Origin: a virus
Length of the DNA: 37,727 nucleotides
Reading direction: 5' to 3' (one strand)
IMG/VR virus record: IMGVR_UViG_3300045988_153647
Coordinates: 1-37,727 of that record
Shown: positions 7,111 to 15,395 of the stretch, piece after piece
How positions within the stretch are numbered: position 1 is the stretch's first letter
Layout: the number at the start of each line of letters is the position of its first letter
The notes under the pieces: generated by a model
The model's database searches: none
What the model was told of the DNA's origin: nothing
The model's input: the letters and a program-made list of their open reading frames with translations, nothing else
Made by a program: the position numbers and the translations under genes

Positions 7111-8139
7111 GTGCGCATCCGGACCATCAAGCCCGAATTCTGGCGCAGCGAGGACATCGCTGCCCTCAGCATCGAGGACAGGCTCCTGTTCATCGGCCTC
7201 TGGTCGTACGTTGAGGACAACGGCGTGGGCCGCGACGAGCCCCAACTCATCCAGTGCGATTTGTTCCCTCTGGATACATTCACTGAGGCCTCAGTGAGGA
7301 CTCATGGAGGCCTCATTCGCCTCTCCCAACGTGGTCTAATCACCCGGTATGAGGGTCCCGACGGACGCAAATACCTGCAGGTGAACACTTGGGACAAGCA
7401 CCAGAAAATCAACCGACCGTCAAAACCGCGTTTCCCGCGATATGACGCCGAAAACTGCACACTCACTGAACCCTCAGTGAATACTCACTGCACACTCACT
7501 GAGGCCTCACTCCCGGAACAGGGAACAGGGAACAGGGAACAGGGAACAGGGAACCTCTCCCTTTTAGGCCCCTCTCACGAGACCGAACCCGCTGAGTCTG
7601 CGAGCGCTGAGATTCAGACCGTGTCCGCTGACGCGGCCCCGGCAACCGAGAACATTTCGAAGCCTCGAAGCCATGAAGGCCTCGAAGGCCTCGAAGCCAT
7701 GAAGGCCTCAAAGACCTCGAAGGCCTCAAAGACCTCGAAGGCCTCAAAGACCTCGAAGCGAACCCGGGCGTCTCGCGGGACTCGCTTGCCCGACGACTGG
7801 CAGCCAGACCAGAACCTAGTTGCCTGGACCAAGGCCAACGCGCCAGCTGCGGCGAACAACCTAGAGGTTGATAAGTTCCGCGACTACTGGCAATCGCTCT
7901 CGGGCCAACGCGCTATCCGCTCCAACTGGACAGCCACCTGGCGCAACTGGGCGCGCAAGTGCCAGGAACAAGCCCCCAAGCAGCACCCCCACCCGACGAC
8001 TGGCAGCACAACCACCGACCGCGTCAACGGCTGGCTCGCCCTTGCCGACAGCCTCGCCGACGACCACCAGCCCAGCATGCTCACCAGCCAGCCCACCGAC
8101 CAACTCGACCTACTCGCAATCGAAGGAAGCCCAGCATGA
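7111..8139 (+). CDS. putative replication initiator/replisome organiser with repeat-rich linker
   Basis: GTG start preceded by GGAGGG. The N-terminus has IKPEFWRSEDIAALS...LFIGLW. The C-terminus has LPDDWQPD...EVDKFRDYWQS...NWTATWRNWARK, a DnaD/DnaT-like phage replication motif as I remember it. Family assignment is not verified. Confidence 0.55.
   Translation: MRIRTIKPEFWRSEDIAALSIEDRLLFIGLWSYVEDNGVGRDEPQLIQCDLFPLDTFTEASVRTHGGLIRLSQRGLITRYEGPDGRKYLQVNTWDKHQKINRPSKPRFPRYDAENCTLTEPSVNTHCTLTEASLPEQGTGNREQGTGNLSLLGPSHETEPAESASAEIQTVSADAAPATENISKPRSHEGLEGLEAMKASKTSKASKTSKASKTSKRTRASRGTRLPDDWQPDQNLVAWTKANAPAAANNLEVDKFRDYWQSLSGQRAIRSNWTATWRNWARKCQEQAPKQHPHPTTGSTTTDRVNGWLALADSLADDHQPSMLTSQPTDQLDLLAIEGSPA
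7281..7296. repeat. Perfect 16-bp palindrome cactgaggcctcagtg; related CTCACTGA / GAGGCCTC copies lie at 7307-7314, 7462-7480, 7484-7490 and 7494-7508
   Basis: Read directly. At protein level the repeats give TFTEASVRTH and TLTEPSVNTHCTLTEASL. Confidence 0.8.
7515..7554 (+). repeat. Heptanucleotide tandem repeat (GGAACAG) x5 plus a partial unit, inside the CDS
   Basis: ggaacag is repeated head to tail from 7515. It encodes EQGTGNR EQGTGN. The unit length is not a multiple of 3. Confidence 0.9.
7657..7760 (+). repeat. Tandem 9/18-bp repeats (GAAGGCCTC / AAAGACCTC) inside the CDS; candidate iterons
   Basis: gaaggcctcgaaggcctcgaagccatgaaggcctcaaagacctcgaaggcctcaaagacctcgaaggcctcaaagacctcgaag encodes ...EGLEGLEAMKASKTSKASKTSKASKTSK. 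Confidence 0.85.
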
Positions 8140-8606
8140 CCCCCCAAGAAGCCGCCAAAGTCCTGGCAAAAGCAGCCGCATACGACAACCGGAAGCCCGA
8201 CCCGACAGCCTCCCTCGCCTGGGCCGAAGCCCTCGACCGGGACCTGCCCCTGCAGGACGCCCTGCGCATCATCAGCGAGCACTACCGCGACGAACGAGCC
8301 TGGGTCATGCCCGCCGACATCAACCGCCGCTGGCGCGCCCTCGGACGCGAACGCCTCGCCAAAGCCGAACGCCTAGGCCTCCCCGACGCGCCCGCCGACA
8401 TCGCAGACAACCCGCAGGCCTGGCTGACCTGGAAGCGCACCCAGATCCGCGCCATCAAAGCCGGAGCATCCCCCGAACAGGCCGAAGCCCGCGCCGCCCG
8501 CGCAATCGAGAGCGTCCCCCGTGAGCGCCGCGAACTCCCGTCAGCGCCCCCGCCCGCCGAGTGGCAGGCCATGCTCAACGCAGCAATGCCCCGTAAAGCC
8601 ATCTAA
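8136..8606 (+). CDS. hypothetical protein (156 aa) of the replication module
   Basis: ATG 8136 overlaps the upstream stop (ATGA). Helical, Ala/Arg-rich. No motif recognised. Confidence 0.55.
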   Translation: MTPQEAAKVLAKAAAYDNRKPDPTASLAWAEALDRDLPLQDALRIISEHYRDERAWVMPADINRRWRALGRERLAKAERLGLPDAPADIADNPQAWLTWKRTQIRAIKAGASPEQAEARAARAIESVPRERRELPSAPPPAEWQAMLNAAMPRKAI

Positions 8607-8785
8607 ACGCCGCTCTCACGGCCCCGCGCACCCCGGGTGGTACCCATACCTACCCAGGGGTCTGAAAGGCTCGCAAAACGCGTTTTAGCGAATCGACCAA
8701 GCGGCAGGTTCGCGGCGCTCGCGGGCATCAACCACCAACCCGCGCCGGGTTTACGGCGTGAAATCAACGAAAAGGACACATCATC

Positions 8786-9250
8786 ATGGCAATTGAAGCA
8801 ACGATCACCGGCAATCTCGGGGCTGACCCCGAGGTGCGGTGGACCCGGGGCGGTCAGCAAGTCACCGAGCTGCGGATCTGCGCGACGCCGCGCAGGCAGC
8901 GCCGAGGCCACGACGGTAAACCCACGGGCGAGTGGGAGGACGCGGGCGCCCCGGTGTGGGTGCGCGCCGCCCTGTGGGGCGAACGCCACTCCTGGATCGC
9001 CGAAACGTGCAGGAAGGGCGACCAGGTCGCCCTCAGCGGCGTGATCGCAAAGGTCGAATTCACCGGCAAGGACGGCCAGCGTCACGAAGCCCTCGAAGTG
9101 ATCAACCCGCGTTTCCTCGGATCGACCGCCGCGCGCCGCCAGTACCAGGCGCAGCGCGGGCCAGCGCCCGCGCCTGGCAACGTCACGGGTCAGCCCGGCG
9201 GCGGCAGCCCGTGGGCCAACCAACCCATGCCAGCCGACCCCCCGTTTTAA
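8786..9250 (+). CDS. ssb: single-stranded DNA-binding protein
   Basis: N-terminal OB-fold signature MAIEATITGNLGADPEVRWT...VWVRAALWGE, a Gly/Pro/Gln-rich linker, and a C-terminal ...DPPF tip typical of bacterial and phage SSBs. Confidence 0.85.
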   Translation: MAIEATITGNLGADPEVRWTRGGQQVTELRICATPRRQRRGHDGKPTGEWEDAGAPVWVRAALWGERHSWIAETCRKGDQVALSGVIAKVEFTGKDGQRHEALEVINPRFLGSTAARRQYQAQRGPAPAPGNVTGQPGGGSPWANQPMPADPPF

Positions 9251-9280
9251 TATGTACAGCCCACCCCTCTAAAATCGGAA

Positions 9281-10039
9281 GTGAGACCCCCACCAATGCC
9301 AACTCCCATGCAGATGCTCGCGCAAATCGCTGCCTGGATTCCAGCGCTCGACGACGCCGCACACACCGCGACCGGACTGCACTCACCCCGCCCCACCTCG
9401 GTCGGCCACAGAAGGACCGGCGGGGGCCTCCCCTACCACCTCGCTGCTGCCCTCGACACCACCGACGACGGCCCCACCGGCATCCGCACCAGCCGCGGCG
9501 TGCTCGACATCCTCTACCCGTGGGTGGTGCAGCTCGCCGACGAACGCCAAGAGCCCGCCCCCGCGCGGCGCTCCACGCTCCCCTACCTGATCGGCACCAT
9601 CACGTGGGCGCAAGCACACGCCGCCGACTGGGAAGCCCTCGAAGAAACCATCACCGCAACGTGGCGCATCCTCGCGCGCGCCACCGGCCACACCCCCGCC
9701 GTGATCGGAACCTGTCCCAATTGCGGCGGCGACATCACAACCGACCCCACACCCAGCGGCATACCCGAACACGGCTCCTGCGAGCGGTGCGACCGCTGGT
9801 ACCAAGATAAGGAAGACCAAGAAATGACGCGTAAAGTAGCCCTGAACGACGTGCTCAGGAACATAAAGAACCCGTCAATCTATGTGGATTGGGCGACGCT
9901 CCACGATGCGTTTCCCACGCTCTCCCACGACCGCCTGCGACAGTGGGCACACCGTGGGCACGTGCCCACCGAGCCCGGCCCGCTCTACCAGGTCGCCGCC
10001 GTCCACGACCGGCTCGACCGTGAGCAGGGTGCAGCATGA
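9281..10039 (+). CDS. hypothetical protein with a CxxC...CxxC zinc-ribbon motif
   Basis: 252 aa with CPNCGG...CERCDRW. The start is uncertain (GTG 9281, ATG 9296 or ATG 9308). Confidence 0.5.
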   Translation: MRPPPMPTPMQMLAQIAAWIPALDDAAHTATGLHSPRPTSVGHRRTGGGLPYHLAAALDTTDDGPTGIRTSRGVLDILYPWVVQLADERQEPAPARRSTLPYLIGTITWAQAHAADWEALEETITATWRILARATGHTPAVIGTCPNCGGDITTDPTPSGIPEHGSCERCDRWYQDKEDQEMTRKVALNDVLRNIKNPSIYVDWATLHDAFPTLSHDRLRQWAHRGHVPTEPGPLYQVAAVHDRLDREQGAA

Positions 10040-10503
10040 ACGCCGACGACATCCTGAACGCACTGCGCAAGGCCTGGCCGTCCGCTGCGATTGTCCCCGA
10101 GCTGGAAATCAGAGACGAATACGCTTATGCCAACCTGGACAACCCAGACGGGCATGACTCGCTGGTCCGTCGCATTGACGCGCTCATGATTGACAAACAG
10201 ATCCGTACAGCAATCGAAATCAAGGTCGACAGGGCTGACGCGAAGCGCGAAACGTGGGCGAAGATTCGCCCTTGGAAGCGGGTAACGCACAGGTTCCTAT
10301 ACGCGGTCCCCGAAGGTCTCATTGACACATCACCCGTCATTGACGCGTCAATCGGCCTCGTCTGGGTTCGCTCGGATGGGACAATCGAGTGGCGACGCAA
10401 GTGCAAGATCAACCACGTGCCCGAACCTCTCCCCGGCATCGTCGTCGAGCGCCTCGCGCGACGAGCAGCCCAATACGCTCTCCTGCGACAGGAGACAGCA
10501 TGA
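10036..10503 (+). CDS. MmcB-like PD-(D/E)xK nuclease-fold protein
   Basis: RRIDALMID...AIEIKVDRADAKRE...RFLYAVPEGL fits the D...E-x-K core and the MmcB-family pattern as I remember it. Confidence 0.5.
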   Translation: MNADDILNALRKAWPSAAIVPELEIRDEYAYANLDNPDGHDSLVRRIDALMIDKQIRTAIEIKVDRADAKRETWAKIRPWKRVTHRFLYAVPEGLIDTSPVIDASIGLVWVRSDGTIEWRRKCKINHVPEPLPGIVVERLARRAAQYALLRQETA

Positions 10504-10682
10504 AGCGCGTAGTTTTCACCCGCATATGTCAGGCCGCGCCACCTATCACGGTGGCCGCCATAACAGCCGCGAAGGGGTGCGCCAATATCGCTGGCGGCGA
10601 CCAGGCTTTCGGAGCGGCTCAGATAGCCACAGCGGCGCTTGTTGTAGCGCTAACTATCGTCCAAGCAAGGTGGGTGCAATGA
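10500..10682 (+). CDS. small hydrophobic protein (60 aa)
   Basis: ATG 10500 overlaps the upstream stop. The sequence is Ala/Ile/Val-rich. Confidence 0.4.
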   Translation: MKRVVFTRICQAAPPITVAAITAAKGCANIAGGDQAFGAAQIATAALVVALTIVQARWVQ

Positions 10683-11047
10683 CCGACGAACTGGCCCTGC
10701 GCGCTCTCGACCTCGCCACTGCAGGCCTAAGCGTCGCCAAGATTGCCGAACTGCTCGACACCACCGTCAAGGACGTGAAGGCCCTCATCAAAGCTGGGAA
10801 GAAGCTGGACCCGCGTGGTTACGACCCCGATGTCGAAGCCCGCCGTCTGGACAAGATGAGCGCGGCCCTCTGGCCCCTCGCTTCTCAGGGTGACCCTGAG
10901 ACTGTGGGCGTCGTCGTCAAGCTCATGGAACGCCGCGACATGATGGATGCAACCATCGACGGTGACCTGGCCGCCGCCGTCAAGGCGACTGCCAAACTGC
11001 AGAAGGCCCACCGCGCGCAGGTGGCAACACGCGCGGATACCGAGTAG
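10679..11047 (+). CDS. HTH DNA-binding protein (122 aa)
   Basis: ATG 10679 overlaps the upstream stop. The N-terminal AGLSVAKIAELLDTTVKDVKALI is helix-turn-helix-like. It is the last gene before the early/late gap. Confidence 0.5.
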   Translation: MTDELALRALDLATAGLSVAKIAELLDTTVKDVKALIKAGKKLDPRGYDPDVEARRLDKMSAALWPLASQGDPETVGVVVKLMERRDMMDATIDGDLAAAVKATAKLQKAHRAQVATRADTE

Positions 11048-11128
11048 CAGATACCCCCTAAGTGTGGTAGTGTCACACTTGAAGCGGGTGTAGTGTGCCA
11101 CGGATACCCCCGTCTCCTGATCGATACC

Positions 11129-11162
11129 AAGACCCCCGACCCAGTAACAGGTCGGGGGTCTT
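11129..11162 (+). terminator. Perfect 13-bp stem hairpin (aagacccccgacc / ggtcgggggtctt, 8-nt loop) at the early/late boundary
   Basis: Inverted repeat read directly. It is followed by tgcgtat, so there is no clear U-tract. Confidence 0.5.
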
Positions 11163-11311
11163 GCGTATCATCCCCCCGCACATGCAGTGGCACCTACCAA
11201 GGCAGCCACCAAGCAAGCGCCAAGCCAAAGCCCAACGACGGGCACACAACCACACAGGTAACACGGCGACTCCACGCCCACCCGCACACCCGTACCGTGA
11301 GGACACAGACC

Positions 11312-11659
11312 ATGTCCCGCCGCCGCTGCCCACACCCGGGATGCCCCGCCCTCATCCCCCATCCCGGCCCCAGGTACTGCCCAACCCACAACCGCGAGCG
11401 CGAACAGCGACGAGGCTACTCAACCGCGCGCGGGTATGACCGCCACTACCGGGCCGCCCGGGCACAGGCCGCCCGTCTGGTGGAGGCCGGCCAGGCCGTG
11501 TGCTGGCGATGTGGCAAGCCAATCAATGCAGGCGAACCGTTTGATCTTGGTCACGATGACGATGATCGTTTGATCATTCGCGGACCAGAACACGTTTTTT
11601 GCAATCGCAGCGCCGCAGGAAAAGCGGCGCACAAATACGACCGAACCGACACGAACTGA
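11312..11659 (+). CDS. HNH endonuclease (terminase-associated)
   Basis: CPHPGCP...CPTH zinc motif and CWRCGKPI...FDLGHDDDD...GPEHVFCNRSAAG (the H-N-H core). It sits directly upstream of the terminase genes, as in HNH-dependent cos phages. Confidence 0.85.
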   Translation: MSRRRCPHPGCPALIPHPGPRYCPTHNREREQRRGYSTARGYDRHYRAARAQAARLVEAGQAVCWRCGKPINAGEPFDLGHDDDDRLIIRGPEHVFCNRSAAGKAAHKYDRTDTN

Positions 11660-11665
11660 CACGCA

Positions 11666-11682
11666 CACCCCCCAGGGGGGTG
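11666..11682. repeat. Palindrome cacccccc-a-ggggggtg between HNH and the small terminase
   Basis: Read directly. Its position suggests a cos or terminase-recognition element, or a terminator. Confidence 0.6.
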
Positions 11683-11831
11683 GCCCCGGAGTGGGTGCCG
11701 TCAGACCGCCGGTGAGGGATGAAAAAAGTGCGGAGGGTTCAAAACCTTACGCCCGCAACTGAAAAAGCCGCCCGGCGCGACGCCGGGTAGCCCAGCAGGC
11801 AGGCGCGACGCCGGCCAGCGAGGAGACATTT

Positions 11832-12377
11832 ATGCCGTCCGGTGGAGCGCGCGCCCGAAGTGGGCCGCCCGTCAACCCCAACAGTGCCCGAAGCGACGCA
11901 CGCGGGATCGCCTTCCGACAGCTCGGCGGCGTCCCCGCCACAGCGCAAGTTCCCGAGTTCGCCATGCCCCCCATGCAACTGTGGGAGACCCTGCCCAACG
12001 GGGGCCGCCGCTTCCGCAAGCTCGCCACCGAGCTGCGTTGGAAGCGTGAACTTGAGCTATGGGACTGGGTCTGGAAGCAGCCGCAGTCCGAGGTGTGGCG
12101 CGAACAGCCCTGGATGACGTACAACGTCGCCCAGTGGGTGCGCCTCGCCGTCACGTGCGAGGAGGAAGGCGCGAAGGCTGGCGACAAGACCGCGCTCCTG
12201 CGGCTCGCCGACCAGATCGGCCTCACGCCCTCGGGCCTGGCGCTGAATCATTGGCAGATCACGACCGGCCAGCCCGCCGACCAGGCCGAACCCGCTGAGC
12301 GCCCGGCCCGGCGCCGCTCGTCCCGTGCCCGGTTCGCTGGCATGACCGTCGTCGACGGTGGCAGTGATGGCTCATGA
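11832..12377 (+). CDS. terS: terminase small subunit
   Basis: 181 aa directly upstream of, and overlapping, the large terminase. The basic N-terminus (GGARARSGPPVNPNSARS) is followed by a Trp-rich helical core seen in actinophage small terminases. The call rests mainly on position. Confidence 0.6.
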   Translation: MPSGGARARSGPPVNPNSARSDARGIAFRQLGGVPATAQVPEFAMPPMQLWETLPNGGRRFRKLATELRWKRELELWDWVWKQPQSEVWREQPWMTYNVAQWVRLAVTCEEEGAKAGDKTALLRLADQIGLTPSGLALNHWQITTGQPADQAEPAERPARRRSSRARFAGMTVVDGGSDGS

Positions 12378-14004
12378 CGAGTACGCGCCGCCCCCACTCA
12401 GCTTGGACTTCAACCCGGATCACACTCTGGGCTTCCTGATCTCGGACTGGATCGAGGCCCACTGCCTCGTCCCGTCTGGAGTGTATTTCAACCAGCCGCT
12501 CGTGCTGAACGGTTGGCAGTTGTATTGCAACGCAAACCATTACCGCATCAAGGCCAACGCGAAATCGGACCCGCACCGGCTGGTGGAGCCATTCACCTAC
12601 CGTCGTAGCCTGTGGGTTGGGCCTCAGAAGTCGGGTAAGTCGCCGCTCGCGGCGGCGGTTGCGCTCGCGGAGGGCGTGGGTCCGGCGATGTTCGCGGGCT
12701 GGGCGCGCGACGGCGACGTGTACAGGTGCTCAGACCACGGGTGCGGGTGCGGCTGGGAATACTGGTACGAGCCGGGCGAAGCAATGGGCCGCCCACGCGA
12801 CAAAAGCCTGATCGCCCTCCTCGCGTTCGCCGAGGACCAGACCCGCAACGTCTACGAACCCCTACAGGCCATGATTAAGAGCGGCCCGCTTGGTGACTTC
12901 GTGCGGGTGCGTGAGGGCTTTGTCCGTTTGCCGAATGAGGGGAAGATTGTGCCCGTCACGTCGGCGGCGCGCTCGAAGCTAGGGCAACCCTTCACGTGCG
13001 CGATTGCGGATGAGTCGGGCCTCTACACGCCGCAATCGGGCGTGCTGAATACCTGGCGGACTATCCGCCGCGCCGTTGCGGGTATGCAGGGCCGAACGAT
13101 TGAGCTCACGAATCCGTGGGATCCCATGGAGGACTCGGCGGCGCAGCAGGCCTACCAAAGCCGGGCGCGGGACATCTTCAAGTTCTACGAGAAGCCCCCC
13201 TTGGACTGGGATTATACGAAGAAGGCGGATCGCTCCAAGATTCACCGCTTCGTGTATGCCTCGTCGCCGTGGGTGGACCCCAAGGCGATTGACGCCGAGG
13301 TCGACGAGCTCATGGAAACCGACCCGACGCAGGCTGAGCGATTCTTCGGCAATCGCCTCGTTCAGGGTAAGGGGTCGTATCTGACTGAGAAGGTCTGGGA
13401 CCGCCAGACACGCGACACCCAGCCCGAGCCGGGGTGCGAGATCGCCCTGGGCTTTGATGGTTCGCGGTCGGGTGACTGGACGGCAATCCGCGCCGAAACA
13501 GTCGACGGCCTGCGCTTCACACCCACGTATGGGCCCGATCAGCGGCCTACCGTGTGGAACCCCGAGGAGTGGCCCGAAGGACGCATCCCGCGTGGTGAGG
13601 TGGACGCGGCTGTCGCAGAGCTCATGGACCGCTACACGGTGCAGAGGTTCTACTGCGACCCGAGGCACTGGGAAACGCAGATCGACCACTGGGAGAACCT
13701 CTACGGCGATTACGTGGTGGTCCAGTGGCCGACGAACTCTATTACGCGAATGTTCGCGGCGCTGGTGCGTTTCCGTGAGGATCTCGCCGAAGGCCTGACC
13801 ACGCACACCCCGGATGAGACCGCGAAGCTGTGCGCCTTGCACGCCCGGAAGGTCGCCAAGCCCGGCGACAAATTCATCCTCGGCAAGCCCGCTGAGCACA
13901 TGAAGATCGACGTGCTCATGGCCGACATTCTGGCCCACGAGGCCGCGGCGGATGAGCACGCCGAAGGCTGGGAACCCGGCGGCGCTATCAGCTTCGCATG
14001 GTAA
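12358..14004 (+). CDS. terL: terminase large subunit
   Basis: 548 aa with a Walker A-like GPQKSGKS and Walker B-like CAIADESGLY, plus a C-terminal nuclease-like region. Alternative starts are GTG 12364 and ATG 12367. Confidence 0.9.
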   Translation: MAVMAHDEYAPPPLSLDFNPDHTLGFLISDWIEAHCLVPSGVYFNQPLVLNGWQLYCNANHYRIKANAKSDPHRLVEPFTYRRSLWVGPQKSGKSPLAAAVALAEGVGPAMFAGWARDGDVYRCSDHGCGCGWEYWYEPGEAMGRPRDKSLIALLAFAEDQTRNVYEPLQAMIKSGPLGDFVRVREGFVRLPNEGKIVPVTSAARSKLGQPFTCAIADESGLYTPQSGVLNTWRTIRRAVAGMQGRTIELTNPWDPMEDSAAQQAYQSRARDIFKFYEKPPLDWDYTKKADRSKIHRFVYASSPWVDPKAIDAEVDELMETDPTQAERFFGNRLVQGKGSYLTEKVWDRQTRDTQPEPGCEIALGFDGSRSGDWTAIRAETVDGLRFTPTYGPDQRPTVWNPEEWPEGRIPRGEVDAAVAELMDRYTVQRFYCDPRHWETQIDHWENLYGDYVVVQWPTNSITRMFAALVRFREDLAEGLTTHTPDETAKLCALHARKVAKPGDKFILGKPAEHMKIDVLMADILAHEAAADEHAEGWEPGGAISFAW

Positions 14005-15395
14005 AGGACACACATCGTATGGCTAACCAGATCACCCACGCCGAAGAGCACCTGCTCTCCGAAGCTGAGAACGCCCTCAACGCTCTGGCACCGTCAGACC
14101 GCAAGCACCGCGCGTACTACGAGGGCCGCCAGACCCTGCAGCACCTCGGTCTGGCCCTGCCCCCGTCGCTGCGCACCCTCGAGACCGTCGTCAACTGGCC
14201 CCGCGTGGTAGTTGACACAATCGAGGAACGCCAAGACGTGCGCGGAATCATGGTCCCCTCGCGCCCAGAGGTCGCTGAGGATCTTCGCGCCATGATCGAC
14301 GCGAACGACCTCGCCGCCGAGCTGTGCAAGTGGAAGCGCGACCGACTCATTTACGGGCGCGCATATCTGTCCGTCGGTGTGGGCGACGCCGAGGGCGATT
14401 ACCCCATCATTTGCGTGGAATCACCCCGACAAATGACGGTGAAGTACGACTACAGGCGTAAGACGATCACGCACGCAGTGCGTATCGTGGCCGACCAGGG
14501 CGTCGACGGCACGCAAACCAGGTACGCGACGATCTACACGCCTGACACGACCACAACCTACGCGACCGTGGGCGGCGCGTGGCGCGTCGTAGACCGCGAC
14601 GAACACCACCTCGGCGTCGTCCCCGTTGTCCCGTCATTCAACCGTCAGATGACTGGCGAAACCACTGGGCACAGCGAAATGGACGACATCATGGGTGTCA
14701 CCGACGCAGCCGCCCGCGCGATCACTCAGATGCAAGCCGCGTTGGAAACCAACGCGGTCCCGAAGCGCATCATCATGGGCGCCAAGCGCAGCGACTTCGC
14801 AGACCCAAGCGCCTGGACGAACTACCTGAACCCATTCGTGGCCCTGCAGAACGCGGGCGCGAAGGTCACCCAGCTCGCCCCCGGCGAGCTGAGCAACTTC
14901 CACAACACCATTGAGTTGTACGGGAAGCTCGCCGCCTCGCTGACGGGTTTCCCGGCCCGCTATTTCGGCCTCATCACCACGAATCCGCCCGCTGAGGGCG
15001 CGATCCGCGCTGAGGAATCCAAGCTTGTCAAGCGCGTCGAGCGTGTCAACGCCGAGTGCGGGGCCGCCCTCTCCCGCGCGCTGACAATCGCCGCGCGCAT
15101 CATGGGGCACCCCATCCCCATGGGCGCGGTGAACGTCGCCTGGCACGACCCCGCCACCCCGACATTCAGCCAGAAGGCTGATGCACTACAGAAGTTGGCA
15201 GGGGGCAAGCCCCTCATCAGCCGCGAAGGCGCGTGGGATGAATTGGGGTGGGACGACGCCCGGAAGGCCACCGAACGCGCCTACCTGCGCGAGGAGGAAA
15301 CAGACCCCGACCTCCTGCGGCTCCTGGAAAAGACCACCCCCGCGCTGACAGACGAGACAGACACCGGACATGGCATCGATCCCGCCCGCGATTGA
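13998..15395 (+). CDS. portal protein
   Basis: 465 aa directly after terL. The sequence pattern (YYEGRQTLQHLGLALPP...VNWPRVVVDTIEERQDV) resembles SPP1 gp6-type portals as I remember them. An alternative start is ATG 14019. Confidence 0.8.
   Translation: MVKDTHRMANQITHAEEHLLSEAENALNALAPSDRKHRAYYEGRQTLQHLGLALPPSLRTLETVVNWPRVVVDTIEERQDVRGIMVPSRPEVAEDLRAMIDANDLAAELCKWKRDRLIYGRAYLSVGVGDAEGDYPIICVESPRQMTVKYDYRRKTITHAVRIVADQGVDGTQTRYATIYTPDTTTTYATVGGAWRVVDRDEHHLGVVPVVPSFNRQMTGETTGHSEMDDIMGVTDAAARAITQMQAALETNAVPKRIIMGAKRSDFADPSAWTNYLNPFVALQNAGAKVTQLAPGELSNFHNTIELYGKLAASLTGFPARYFGLITTNPPAEGAIRAEESKLVKRVERVNAECGAALSRALTIAARIMGHPIPMGAVNVAWHDPATPTFSQKADALQKLAGGKPLISREGAWDELGWDDARKATERAYLREEETDPDLLRLLEKTTPALTDETDTGHGIDPARD

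Noticed and set aside
7657-7760. A regular short-repeat array that could superficially suggest a CRISPR-like or minisatellite locus.
   Set aside because: The repeats are contiguous with no unique spacers, only 9-18 bp long, and lie in frame inside a CDS. They were treated as iterons or linker repeats instead.
7868-8524. A 218-aa + strand ORF, and also 8932..9810 (292 aa), both rich in Arg, Pro and Ser.
   Set aside because: These are off-frame readings of the replication-organiser, 8136..8606, SSB and 9281..10039 genes. Their composition is typical of out-of-frame GC-rich translation.
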